Positions 30,847 to 40,761 of a stretch of DNA of 64,000 nt are shown here, piece by piece (within the stretch, counting starts at the first letter, position 1; every line of letters begins with the position of its first letter). This DNA comes from an uncultured beta proteobacterium (lineage in GTDB: Bacteria; Pseudomonadota; Gammaproteobacteria; Burkholderiales; Casimicrobiaceae): positions 29,048 through 93,047 of the forward strand of contig CAWHEN010000010.1 of NCBI GenBank assembly GCA_963828595.1. Reading direction: 5' to 3'. Below the pieces are notes generated by a model. The model was not told where the DNA came from and did not search any database. It worked only from the letters and a program-made list of their open reading frames with translations. The position numbers and the translations under genes were made by a program.

Positions 30847-31897
30847 ATGACGCGAATCTGCCGCAGCCGCTGCTCGAAGTCGAGGGCCTGAAGACCTATT
30901 TCTTCACGCGCGACGGCGTCGTGCGCGCCGTCGACGGCGTGTCGTTTTCGGTCGGTCGCGGCGAGACGCTCGCCGTCGTCGGCGAATCCGGCTGCGGCAA
31001 GAGCGTCACGTCGCTGTCGATCCTGCGCCTGATCGCGTCGCCTCCGGGGCGAACGGTCGACGGGCGGGTGCTCTTCGAGGGCCGCGATCTGCTCGCGCTG
31101 CCGGAACCCGAGATGCGCAAGATCCGCGGCGATGCGATCTCGATGATCTTCCAGGAGCCGATGACGTCGCTCAATCCGGTGCTGACCATCGGCCATCAGA
31201 TCGCCGAGGCGCTGGTCCTGCACCGCGGGCTTGTCGCGCGAGGCACGCGGAGCTGCGCGCGGTCGAGATGCTGCGGCTGGTCCGCATGCCCGAGCCGGAG
31301 CGCCGCGTCACGCAGTATCCGCATCAGCTCTCCGGCGGAATGCGCCAGCGGGTGATGATCGCGATGGCGCTCGCCTGCGAGCCGCGGCTCCTGATCGCCG
31401 ACGAGCCGACGACCGCGCTCGACGTCACGATCCAGGCGCAGATCCTCGACCTGATGCGCGAGCTCAAGAACCGGACCGGCGCCGCGATCATGCTGATCAC
31501 GCACGACCTCGGCGTGGTCGCGGAGATGGCGCAGCGCGTCATCGTGATGTACGCGGGACGCAAGGTCGAGGAAGCCTCGGTCACGGCCTTGTTCGCGCGG
31601 CCGCGCCACCCCTACACGCGCGGGCTGCTCGACTCGATCCCGAAGCTCGGCGCCGCGAGCCGGGCCAGCGACGGCGCGGCAGGCGCGCGCCTCGCGGAAA
31701 TCGCCGGCACCGTGCCATCGCTTCTCCAACCGATCGTCGGCTGCGCGTTCGCGCCGCGCTGCGCCTATGCGAGAGAGCGCTGCCGCGGCGAATACCCGCC
31801 GCTCGAGGAAAAGGCGCGCGGGCACTGGGCCGCGTGCTGGGAATCGGAGCGGCTGGTGGCGAATGAAGCAACCGATGCGGCGCAGGCGATGGCATGA
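30847..31897 (+). CDS. ABC transporter ATP-binding protein (DppD/OppD-like); frameshifts near 30852 and 31235
   Basis: Walker A GESGCGKS, signature LSGGMRQRV, Walker [13 protein letters not shown]. Confidence 0.85.
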
Positions 31898-32922
31898 GCG
31901 TAATCGCCGAAGGCATGGCCGTCGCACCGACGCTGCTCGAGGTCGGGCACCTGACCAAGCATTACCCGGTGCGCGGCGGCGTTTTCGGTCGCGGACGGGG
32001 CGAAGTGCACGCGGTGGACGACGTCAGCTTCGCGATTCGCCAGGGCGAGACGCTCGGCCTCGTCGGCGAATCCGGCTGCGGCAAGTCGACCATCGGCAAG
32101 ACGGTGCTGCGGCTCGTGGAGCCGACCGCCGGGACGATCGCGTGGCGCGGGCAGCGCATCGACGGGCTCCATGGCCGCGCGATGCGGCCCTATCGCCGCG
32201 AGCTGCAGGCGGTTTTCCAGGACCCCTATGCGTCGCTCAATCCGCGGATGCGCGCGGCGGACATCGTCGCCGAGCCGATCCGCAACTTCGAGAACATCTC
32301 CGCGGCTGAAATGGGCGACCGTGTGGTGTCGCTGTTCGAGAAGGTCGGCTTGCGCCCCGACCAGATGCCTCGCTATCCGTACGAATTTTCTGGCGGCCAG
32401 CGCCAGCGCTTCGGGATAGCGCGAGCGCTGGCACCGCGGCCGAAGCTCATCGTCTGCGACGAGCCGGTCTCCGCGCTCGACGTCTCGGTGCAGGCGCAGG
32501 TGATCAATCTGCTCGTCGATCTGCAGCGCGAGTTCGGCCTGTCGTATCTGTTCGTCGCGCACGATCTGGCGGTGGTCGAGCACATCAGCCACCGCGTCGC
32601 GGTGATGTATCTGGGCAGAATCGTCGAGCTCGCGCCAACGCGCGCGGTGTTCGCCCATCCGCAGCACCCGTACACCGAAGCGCTGCTTTCCGCCGTTCCG
32701 GTGCCGGACCCTACGGTGCAGAGAAAGCGCATCATTCTCGCCGGCGACGTGCCGAGCCCGATCGAGCTGCCCAAGGGCTGCCGCTTCCACACGCGCTGCC
32801 CGTATGCGTTCGATCGCTGCCGGGTCGAGGAGCCGGTGCTCAAGGAAGTCTTGCCCGGGCATTTCGCCGCGTGCCACTTGCGCGATGCGCCGCCTGTAGC
32901 CGATAGTTCCGTGCGGTACTGA
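31894..32922 (+). CDS. ABC transporter ATP-binding protein (DppF/OppF-like)
   Basis: Intact; [33 protein letters not shown] overlap with the upstream gene. Confidence 0.9.
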   Translation: MSVIAEGMAVAPTLLEVGHLTKHYPVRGGVFGRGRGEVHAVDDVSFAIRQGETLGLVGESGCGKSTIGKTVLRLVEPTAGTIAWRGQRIDGLHGRAMRPYRRELQAVFQDPYASLNPRMRAADIVAEPIRNFENISAAEMGDRVVSLFEKVGLRPDQMPRYPYEFSGGQRQRFGIARALAPRPKLIVCDEPVSALDVSVQAQVINLLVDLQREFGLSYLFVAHDLAVVEHISHRVAVMYLGRIVELAPTRAVFAHPQHPYTEALLSAVPVPDPTVQRKRIILAGDVPSPIELPKGCRFHTRCPYAFDRCRVEEPVLKEVLPGHFAACHLRDAPPVADSSVRY

Positions 32923-32943
32923 GCTTGGGAAGGAATCCGTTTC

Positions 32944-34248
32944 ATGAGTGGCCTCAACCGCCTGAGCGCAACTGCCGCCGCGCGCAAGCTGGCGACGCGG
33001 GAGGTTACCGCGGTATCCCTGCTCGAGGACTGCCTCGAGCGCATCTCCGTGCGAGAATTCGCGGTCCACGCCTGGACCTTCCTCGATTCCGACGGCGCGA
33101 TGCGGCGTGCGCGCGAGCTCGATGCGCAAGCCTCGATGGGGTTGCTGCACGGGCTTCCGATCGGCGTCAAGGATCTGTTCGACACCTGCGACATGCCGTC
33201 TTCTTACGGTTCGCCGATTTACGCCAACCATCGACCCGCGGCCGATGCCGCGTGCGTCGCCCTGGCGCGGGCGGCAGGCGCGATCGTCGTTGGCAAGACA
33301 GTCACGACCGAGTTCGCGACCTTTCATCCCGGGCCGACCTGTAACCCCCACAATCCGCTGCACACGCCGGGAGGATCGTCCTCGGGCTCGGCGGCGGCCG
33401 TTGCCGATTGGATGGTCCCTCTCGCCTTCGGCACGCAGACCGCCGGCTCGATCGTTCGTCCGGCGGCGTATTGCGGCGTCGTCGGGTACAAGCCGACGTT
33501 CGGTACCGTCAACCGTGTCGGCGTAAAAATGATTTCCGATACACTGGACACGGTTGGCGCGCTGGCTCGCAGCGTGCCGGATGTCGCACTTTTCGTGGCT
33601 GCGCTGGCCGACCGGCCGCAGCTCATGATCGAGCGCCCGCTTGGCCGCCCGCCGCGAGTCGGCCTGTGCAGGACCCATCAGTGGGACCGTGCCCATCCCG
33701 AAACGGTGACCGCGTTCGAGGATGCGGCGCGCTGTCTGGGAAAGGCCGGCGCGAGCCTCCGCGATGTCGTGTTGCCGCCGCAATTCGCGGAACTGGTCGA
33801 CGCGCAAATCGCCATCATGGTGCATGAGGTGGCGAAATCATTGTCGTACGAACGTTTCGTCCATCGCGAGAAGCTGAGCAGCGAAATGATCGCCATGATC
33901 GACGCGGGCCTTGCGGTGTCGCCAGCGCGCTACGACGCCGCCCGGCTATCGGCGCAAAGAGGTCGCTCGGCCCTGGCTGAGGTTTTTGCCGACGTCGACG
34001 TCCTGCTTGCACCGAGCACCATCGGCGAGGCGCCGCGTGGGATTGCAGCGACCGGCGATCCGCTGTTCAATCGGATCTGGACGCTGCTGCACACCCCCGT
34101 CGTGCATCTCCCCTCCGCAATCGGGCCGCAGGGATTGCCGGTTGGCATTACGATCGTGGGGCCAATCGGAGGCGATCAGGTGATGTTGCTGGCCGCGGAC
34201 TGGATTCATGCCCGGCTTGGTCGATCCGACTCATTAGCTCCGGCCTAG
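32944..34248 (+). CDS. amidase (amidase-signature family, GatA-like)
   Basis: ..GLPIGVKDLFD.. and ..GGSSSGSAAAVA..GTQTAGSIVRPAAYCGVVGYKPTFG.. (Ser-cisSer-Lys signature region). Confidence 0.9.
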   Translation: MSGLNRLSATAAARKLATREVTAVSLLEDCLERISVREFAVHAWTFLDSDGAMRRARELDAQASMGLLHGLPIGVKDLFDTCDMPSSYGSPIYANHRPAADAACVALARAAGAIVVGKTVTTEFATFHPGPTCNPHNPLHTPGGSSSGSAAAVADWMVPLAFGTQTAGSIVRPAAYCGVVGYKPTFGTVNRVGVKMISDTLDTVGALARSVPDVALFVAALADRPQLMIERPLGRPPRVGLCRTHQWDRAHPETVTAFEDAARCLGKAGASLRDVVLPPQFAELVDAQIAIMVHEVAKSLSYERFVHREKLSSEMIAMIDAGLAVSPARYDAARLSAQRGRSALAEVFADVDVLLAPSTIGEAPRGIAATGDPLFNRIWTLLHTPVVHLPSAIGPQGLPVGITIVGPIGGDQVMLLAADWIHARLGRSDSLAPA

Positions 34249-34260
34249 AAGAGGCGACAG

Positions 34261-35580
34261 ATGAATACGCGATCCGAAATACTCGATTCGTTACCCGTTG
34301 CGACGACATCGCTCCGCGTCGATGGGGCTCGACTCTGGCAATCGCTGATGCAACTGGCCGAAATCGGGGCAACACCGAAGGGGGGCGTGTGCCGCCTCGC
34401 GCTGACCGATCTCGACCGGCAAGGCCGCGATCTCGTTGTCAGCTGGCTGCGCGGCGCCGGCGCCAGCATAGAGATCGATGGCGCAGGCAACATCATCGCC
34501 ACCCGCCCGGGGCGCAACACCGGTCTGCCCACGGTGCTCACCGGAAGCCACATCGACACGCAGCCATCGGGCGGCAAATTCGACGGCAATTACGGCGTCC
34601 TCGCCGGGTTGGAAGTGCTGCGCACGCTCAACGATGCCGGCGTCGTGACTGAGAAGCCGGTCGCCGTGGCGATCTGGACTAACGAGGAGGGCAGCCGGTT
34701 TGTTCCGGTGATGGGTGGATCCGGCGCGTTTACCGGTGTGTTCACGATCGAACACCTGCTGCAGCAGCGCGACATCGATGGCATTGCGTTCGGCGAGGCG
34801 CTCGATCGCATCGGGTATGCCGGTGCCGCACCCGTCGGAGGACGTGCACTCGACGCGTATTTCGAGGCCCACATCGAGCAGGGACCCATACTCGAGCGCG
34901 AGGACAAGATCATCGGTGTGGTCACCGGCGCGCTGGGCCTACGCTGGTATGACTGCATCTGGTCGGGGCGGGATGCGCATGCCGGCCCGACCCCGATGGA
35001 ATCGCGCCACGATGCACTGCGCGGGGCATCCAGGCTGGTCGAGGCGGTCAACGAAATCGCGATGCGGCACGCACCGGATGGCCGCGCCACCGTCGGATTT
35101 ATGCAGGTAAAGCCCAACTCGCGCAATGTGATTCCTGGACGCGTCGTGATGAGCGTCGACATGAGGCACCCGGAGGACGAGCACCTCTCGGGCATGGACC
35201 GGGAACTCCGCGCTGCGGCGGACGCGATTGCCAACGACCTTCGCCTCGAGTGCGAAGTGCGGCAAGTCGATCAATTTCCGGCGTCGCGCTTCCATGCCGA
35301 CTGCGTCGGTGCGGTCCGCGCTGCGACGCGAGCGCTCGGCTATACGCATCGCGAGATGGTCAGCGGTGCGGGCCACGATGCGATCTATCTTGCGCGCATT
35401 GCGCCCACCTCCATGATCTTCGTGCCGTGCAAAGATGGCATCAGCCACAACGAGATCGAGGATGCCCGACCCGAGCACCTCGAGGCGGGGGCCAATGTAC
35501 TGCTCTACGCCGTGCTTGCGCGTGCCGGCGGAACGAGCGTTGTTCCAGCTCCCCGATCCGCTTCGCGATCTCCGCCGTGA
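34261..35580 (+). CDS. M20-family Zn hydrolase: N-carbamoyl-L-amino-acid hydrolase / allantoate amidohydrolase / beta-ureidopropionase type
   Basis: ..TGSHIDTQPSGGKFDGNYGVLAGLEVL.. and ..WTNEEGSRF..GSG.F.., typical of the AmaB/AllC family. Confidence 0.85.
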   Translation: MNTRSEILDSLPVATTSLRVDGARLWQSLMQLAEIGATPKGGVCRLALTDLDRQGRDLVVSWLRGAGASIEIDGAGNIIATRPGRNTGLPTVLTGSHIDTQPSGGKFDGNYGVLAGLEVLRTLNDAGVVTEKPVAVAIWTNEEGSRFVPVMGGSGAFTGVFTIEHLLQQRDIDGIAFGEALDRIGYAGAAPVGGRALDAYFEAHIEQGPILEREDKIIGVVTGALGLRWYDCIWSGRDAHAGPTPMESRHDALRGASRLVEAVNEIAMRHAPDGRATVGFMQVKPNSRNVIPGRVVMSVDMRHPEDEHLSGMDRELRAAADAIANDLRLECEVRQVDQFPASRFHADCVGAVRAATRALGYTHREMVSGAGHDAIYLARIAPTSMIFVPCKDGISHNEIEDARPEHLEAGANVLLYAVLARAGGTSVVPAPRSASRSPP

Positions 35581-35588
35581 CGCCGAAC

Positions 35589-36476
35589 CTACCGTGTCTG
35601 CCGCCGGATGGTCATCGCAGCTACTCCGACGATGACGCAGACAAGGCCGAGCAAGGTCGCGGGCCCGAGCTTCTCTCCAAGAAATACAATGCCTATCGCG
35701 ACTCCGATCGGAACCCGAAGATAAGCCTGGGACGTCACGCCCACGGACCCTAGCGTCCGGATAAGCCGGAAATAGATTGTGAAGGCAAGTGCCGTTGAAA
35801 AGATCGACAGGCACAGCAAGCCCAGGATCGAACGGCTGGATGGCGCGAGTGTCCATGGGTGATCCAAAACCACACTGATTGGAATGAGAACGATCGCGCC
35901 ACAGAGCAGCGAACCGGTGGCGGGCAACATGGGATCGAGTTCCTGAAAGCTTCGCCCGAAGATTGCCGCGCCTGCATAGCAGACGGTAGCCGCAATGATG
36001 GCCAGCTCGGCGGTCAGCTGCTGTCCAATACCGGAGAGGGCCTGTACGCCCACGATCAGGCAAATGCCGATCAATCCCGAGATAACGCCAAATAATTGTC
36101 GGCCAGTTGCGGATTGTTGATGCGCCAGACACGTAGTCAGAATAAATGCAAAGATCGGGGCTGACGAATTCAATATCGTTGCAAGTCCTGCGTCCACGGA
36201 CTGCTCTGCCCAGGCGATCAATGTAAAGGGAATCACGCTGTTGAGGCAGGCCTGAAACAGGAAGCGGCGCCAAAGCACGACGTCAGTCGGCATCCTCACG
36301 CCGCGCCAATGCAGAACGCCCAGCAGTACGACGGCCGCGATCGTGGTGCGCGCCGCAATGAATGTCACCGGGGGAATGGATGCGACGCCTAGCTTGATGA
36401 AGGTATAAGACGCCCCCCAGAGCGTGGCGAGCAGCAACAGCAGCAGAAGTTCAGCAAGGTAGCCGAATGAGTGCAT
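35589..36476 (-). CDS. DMT-superfamily (EamA) transporter
   Basis: 10-TM profile; ..LWGASYTFIKLGVASIPPVTFIAAR... Start placed at MHSFGYL (ATG 36476). Confidence 0.85.
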   Translation of the reverse strand: MHSFGYLAELLLLLLLATLWGASYTFIKLGVASIPPVTFIAARTTIAAVVLLGVLHWRGVRMPTDVVLWRRFLFQACLNSVIPFTLIAWAEQSVDAGLATILNSSAPIFAFILTTCLAHQQSATGRQLFGVISGLIGICLIVGVQALSGIGQQLTAELAIIAATVCYAGAAIFGRSFQELDPMLPATGSLLCGAIVLIPISVVLDHPWTLAPSSRSILGLLCLSIFSTALAFTIYFRLIRTLGSVGVTSQAYLRVPIGVAIGIVFLGEKLGPATLLGLVCVIVGVAAMTIRRQTR

Positions 36477-36855
36477 GCCGTATTCAGCGATGAAATTGCG
36501 CCGGTCGTCTGGCACGTGCACAAAAGCAGTCGTCCGACAGCAGCTGCAACGCTTAGTGGGCAACGCCAGCTGCGATCCCACTCTGTCGTTGCACTAAGCG
36601 TAAGGCTTGCAGGAAAAGTAAGGTTCGTTCACGATCGAACTATAAAAGAAGAGAACTCTCATGCAGCAGCTCAGGGTTGTCCCACCGGCCTGCACTGACG
36701 ACCCCGTGTAGAAAAATGGCCCTTGGCTGTGGATCCGGCCCAGTCTATTATTCAGGCAAACCCGGAACCCACCGGGCTGCAACTGCGTGGAACGGCTCAA
36801 AACTGCTCCGGCGAGCGCCGTCGGATTCCAGTTCTGCCTAGAGACGGAGTCTAAC

Positions 36856-37539
36856 GTGAACGCTTCAAGATTCGTCCGCGTCGTTACCTTGCTCGCCTCG
36901 ACGCTTCTATCGACCACCGCTTTTGCCGCGACCAAGGCAGATCTCGAAGCAGCGATGAGCTACGACGGGCTCCAGAAGATCAGCGTCAAGGGGATCGACC
37001 TTGCCTATGCGCGCCCCGGTGCGACGCTTGCGGGTTACAACCGGATCAAACTCGAACCAGTGAGTGTCGCGTTCCACAAGGACTGGGATCCGAAAATGAG
37101 CCATAGCCGCATCAAGATGAATGCGGAACAGCGCGAGACCATCAGGACAGGTGTAGCAACGCTGGTTTATGAAGAGTTCGCGCAGGAGCTGCAGAAAAAC
37201 AGCAGCTATCAGCTGGTGAATGAGGCGGGCCCGGATGTACTGCGCGTCAAGGCCAATATCGTCAACCTGTACGTCAACGCCCCTGACACAGGGGCGCCTG
37301 GACGCTCACGGACCTACACGATTGCCGCCGGAGAAATGTCACTCGTTGCAGAACTCTACGATTCCGAGACGGGCGAGGTCATTGCGCGTGTCGTTGACCG
37401 GCGGGAAGCTCGCCGCTCAGGGACGGTGCAGTACACTAACAGCGTGACGAACCAAGATGATTTCCGAGAGATCGCATCGGTTTGGGCGCGCATTCTCCGG
37501 AACAGTCTCGACAAGGCGCACGGAATCGGCAAAAAGTAG
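36856..37539 (+). CDS. DUF3313-type secreted/lipoprotein-like protein
   Basis: GTG start after GACGGAG; signal peptide VNASRFVRVVTLLASTLLSTTAFA. The overall pattern resembles DUF3313 (from memory). Confidence 0.6.
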   Translation: MNASRFVRVVTLLASTLLSTTAFAATKADLEAAMSYDGLQKISVKGIDLAYARPGATLAGYNRIKLEPVSVAFHKDWDPKMSHSRIKMNAEQRETIRTGVATLVYEEFAQELQKNSSYQLVNEAGPDVLRVKANIVNLYVNAPDTGAPGRSRTYTIAAGEMSLVAELYDSETGEVIARVVDRREARRSGTVQYTNSVTNQDDFREIASVWARILRNSLDKAHGIGKK

Positions 37540-37591
37540 CGTAACGGCATTGCGTGAACCTGCGGTAATAGGTCAAAAGGATCGAATCCAC

Positions 37592-38050
37592 ATGAGACTT
37601 TGTTTGAGCTTTCGTAGGGCGAATTTGCTCGTATTACTGAGCGCGCTGACGGTCTCGACGTTCATTGCGGGCGGCGCAGCTGCGGCCCCACCACCGAAGA
37701 TAGACGAAAACGAGCTGTTGTCCTCTGGCTTCAAGGTGCTCGTCGCGAAGACAAGCGCTCAGGAGGAGTGGGTGAAGCGCCTTCCTCCCGGCGAGATCCG
37801 GCCGATGCAGCGCAATGGGCAGAAGTTTTTCATCTACCCCGATGCGGCGCGGAACCAGATCTACGTCGGTGGCCCGTGGGAGTATGAGGCGTATCGCCAG
37901 CTGCACCCGGATAGCAAGCTGGCTGCGCGAGAGGCAGTGAACAAGGGAACTGAATACCGCGGCAAACAGGATGAGGCGACGCGGAAGGCGACCGCTCGCG
38001 ACCTGACCAACCCCTTCCTTGGGGCTGATTGGGTCTATTTCGGCATGTAA
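37592..38050 (+). CDS. secreted hypothetical protein (152 aa)
   Basis: Signal peptide MRLCLSFRRANLLVLLSALTVSTFIAGGAAA; no family recognised. Confidence 0.5.
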   Translation: MRLCLSFRRANLLVLLSALTVSTFIAGGAAAAPPPKIDENELLSSGFKVLVAKTSAQEEWVKRLPPGEIRPMQRNGQKFFIYPDAARNQIYVGGPWEYEAYRQLHPDSKLAAREAVNKGTEYRGKQDEATRKATARDLTNPFLGADWVYFGM

Positions 38051-38095
38051 GTTTTCGGCGCTCCGCGGCTTACCCTGCCGGAGCCGCGAGGCGGT

Positions 38096-39022
38096 TCATT
38101 CGGTCGACTGGCCCATGGTCTCGAAGATCGACTCGAGTTGCGGGCTCATGGCGATGCCCAGGGTCTTGCCCGACGGTAATTTGCGAATGAACCACTGCTC
38201 GTAGATCCGCGCAAGCTCGCGATCCTCGGCCAGGCGTTCGAAGGTCCGCTTGATCAAAGCGTCCAGCGCGGGATCGTTCTTGCGGTAGACGATCCCATAA
38301 GGGTCGTAGGAGAGGAATTCGTCGAGCACCGTGAAATCCCTCGGGTTCCGTGCTTCGGCCGCCGTCGCATACAGTACAGCGTCGTCGCCGGCCCAGGCGT
38401 CCGCTTTTCCCGATTCGACCGCCGCAAAAGCCTGATCGTTTTCCCGAACCGGCAGAATGTTCATGTTGAGGCCCAACTTCGCATCGAGCGACTTGAGCGC
38501 TGCCTCGTTGGTCGTTCCTTCAGTGACGGCGACGGGTCGATTTTTCAGGTCGCGGTAGGACTTCAGCTTCGACGAGCGCTTGACCAGGAGCTTGGTCCCG
38601 CTGACGAACATGATCGGCGAGAACGACACCAGCTTCTGTCGCTCGGCGTTCTTGGTGGTCTGGCCGCACTCCAGATCGACAGAACCATCGACGACGAGGG
38701 GAATCCTGGTCTGCGGATTCACCGGAAGGTACTTGACGTCGATGCTGGACAGGCCGAGCTCCTCCTTGATCGCGTCGACGATGGCAAGGCACAGATCGAT
38801 CGTGTAGCCGATCGGACGCCGCGAAGGATTGAGGTAGGAAAAGGGCACCGAGGCGTCGCGGAAGCCGATCGTGACGGTCTGGGTGTCCTTGATCTTCTTC
38901 AGCGTGCCGGTCAGCCGCTCGACACCAACGGAATCCTGCGCAAGTGACGGCGTGGCGATCGGCCCGGCCAATAGGCAAGCCAAAAGTCCGAGCAGGGCCG
39001 CCTTCGGAATCCTAATATTCAT
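38096..39022 (-). CDS. family-3 periplasmic amino-acid-binding protein (GltI/glutamate-aspartate type), with no cognate ABC permease/ATPase nearby
   Basis: Signal peptide plus ..TVTIGFRDASVPFSYL..IGYTIDLC..LECGQTTKNAERQK... Confidence 0.85.
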   Translation of the reverse strand: MNIRIPKAALLGLLACLLAGPIATPSLAQDSVGVERLTGTLKKIKDTQTVTIGFRDASVPFSYLNPSRRPIGYTIDLCLAIVDAIKEELGLSSIDVKYLPVNPQTRIPLVVDGSVDLECGQTTKNAERQKLVSFSPIMFVSGTKLLVKRSSKLKSYRDLKNRPVAVTEGTTNEAALKSLDAKLGLNMNILPVRENDQAFAAVESGKADAWAGDDAVLYATAAEARNPRDFTVLDEFLSYDPYGIVYRKNDPALDALIKRTFERLAEDRELARIYEQWFIRKLPSGKTLGIAMSPQLESIFETMGQSTE

Positions 39023-39076
39023 GGCCTCTTCCTCATGCACGCAGTAAACGCGGCGCTGATGCCGCCACGTCGCAGG

Positions 39077-40363
39077 TCAGGCAGGTAAACCCGCGATCTC
39101 GACCTCGTCCGCATCGATCTCCGCCTGCGCCTCGCTTTCCGGCCGAAGCTCGCCCTCCCACTTGGCAACGACTGCGGTTGCGATGCTGTTGCCGACGACG
39201 TTGGTGGCCGACCGGCCCATGTCGAGAAACTGGTCGATGCCCATGATCAGCAACAGCCCGGCTTCGGGAATATTGAACGTAGAAAGCGTTGCCGCGATGA
39301 CGACCAGCGACGCGCGCGGCACGCCGGCCATCCCCTTGCTTGTGACCATCAGGATCAGCAACATTGTGATCTGTTGCGCGATATCGAGATTGATCTTGTA
39401 GGCCTGCGCAATGAACAGGACCGCGAACGTGCAATACATCATCGAGCCGTCAAGGTTGAAGGAGTAGCCGAGCGGCAACACGAAGCTCGTTATCTTCTTG
39501 CTGGCGCCAAACCGTTCCAGCTGCTCGAGCGTCTTCGGGTAGGCCGCTTCGCTGCTCGCCGTGCTGAACGCGAGCATGATCGGCTCCTTGATGAGACTGA
39601 TCAGCCGTGTGATGCGTGCTCCGAGAAACAGGAAGCCTGCAAACGCGAGCAGGACCCAGAGGATCAGGATGCCGACGTAGAACTCGCCCATGAATTTGCC
39701 ATACGTCCACAGAATGCCGAGGCCTTGCGTCGTGACGATCGAAGCCATGGCTGCGAAGACGGCGATGGGTGCCAGCGCCATCACGTAGGCAGTCACCTTC
39801 AGCATGACGTGCGAAATCTGCTCAACCCAGTCGATGACGACTCTGCCTTTTTCGCCCAGGGATCCCGCGGCGGCGCCGAAAAACACCGAGAAGATGACGA
39901 TCTGCAGAATCTCGTTGGTGGCCAACGCCTCGAATACGCTCCTAGGAACAAGGTGCGTGACGAACTCCCTTAGCGACAGCGACGCCGTCTTGAGGTTGGT
40001 CGAGGCGCCGACATCGGGCAGCGGCAGGTTCAGTGCGTCGCCCGGCCGCAAGATATTCACGAGAATCATGCCGACGACCAGCGACATCAGCGACGCGCTC
40101 ACGAACCAGCCCATGGTCTTGAGGCCGATCCGGCCCAGCGACGAGGAATCGCCCATATGCGCGATGCCGACGACCAGCGTGGCGAACACGAGAGGGGCAA
40201 TAATCATCTTGATAAGGCGCAGAAAGACATCGGTGAACAGGGAGATGTAACCGGCAACTGTCTTCGCCGTCTCCGGATTGGGCAGAAGCTCATGGCACAT
40301 CCAGCCGACACCGATTCCGGCCAGCATCGCAATCAGGATCCACGTCGTCAGCTTGAATTTCAC
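39077..40363 (-). CDS. dicarboxylate/amino acid:cation symporter (DAACS; GltP/DctA family)
   Basis: Intact 428 aa; ..AFSTASSEAAYP.. and ..TSKGMAGVPRASLVVIAATL..DMGRSATNVVGN.. motifs. Confidence 0.9.
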   Translation of the reverse strand: MKFKLTTWILIAMLAGIGVGWMCHELLPNPETAKTVAGYISLFTDVFLRLIKMIIAPLVFATLVVGIAHMGDSSSLGRIGLKTMGWFVSASLMSLVVGMILVNILRPGDALNLPLPDVGASTNLKTASLSLREFVTHLVPRSVFEALATNEILQIVIFSVFFGAAAGSLGEKGRVVIDWVEQISHVMLKVTAYVMALAPIAVFAAMASIVTTQGLGILWTYGKFMGEFYVGILILWVLLAFAGFLFLGARITRLISLIKEPIMLAFSTASSEAAYPKTLEQLERFGASKKITSFVLPLGYSFNLDGSMMYCTFAVLFIAQAYKINLDIAQQITMLLILMVTSKGMAGVPRASLVVIAATLSTFNIPEAGLLLIMGIDQFLDMGRSATNVVGNSIATAVVAKWEGELRPESEAQAEIDADEVEIAGLPA

Positions 40364-40761
40364 GTTGGTATCTCCTCGTTGCGCCCGGCCTTCGGCCGAA
40401 GCATCGTGTGCAGGCCGCCGACAGCTTGCGACGACTGAAGGTAAGGTGTGCCGGAGGCGTGACGCGCATCCAGGGCGCGGCAGCCGAGGGATCGGCGAAG
40501 ACTAACGGTTTTATGGCTCAGCAAGGCTTCCTCCCGGTCAGCCGCTTTTCGCCTCACACCGATGGGCGTCGAACGCCGGTGCGCCCCGGCGCGTCGATAC
40601 TCCGAGTATCCAGGCCGAAAGCGACCTGGATCGCGGAATGTTAGCCCCCTATTCCGGATCGATCAATTCCTCCGATGATCGATCCTGACACTGCCCGTTC
40701 CGAGGTGCAGTTCGGGGCCGGCACTCTTGCGAAAGATGCAAATCGGGATCAGCATTAAGTC

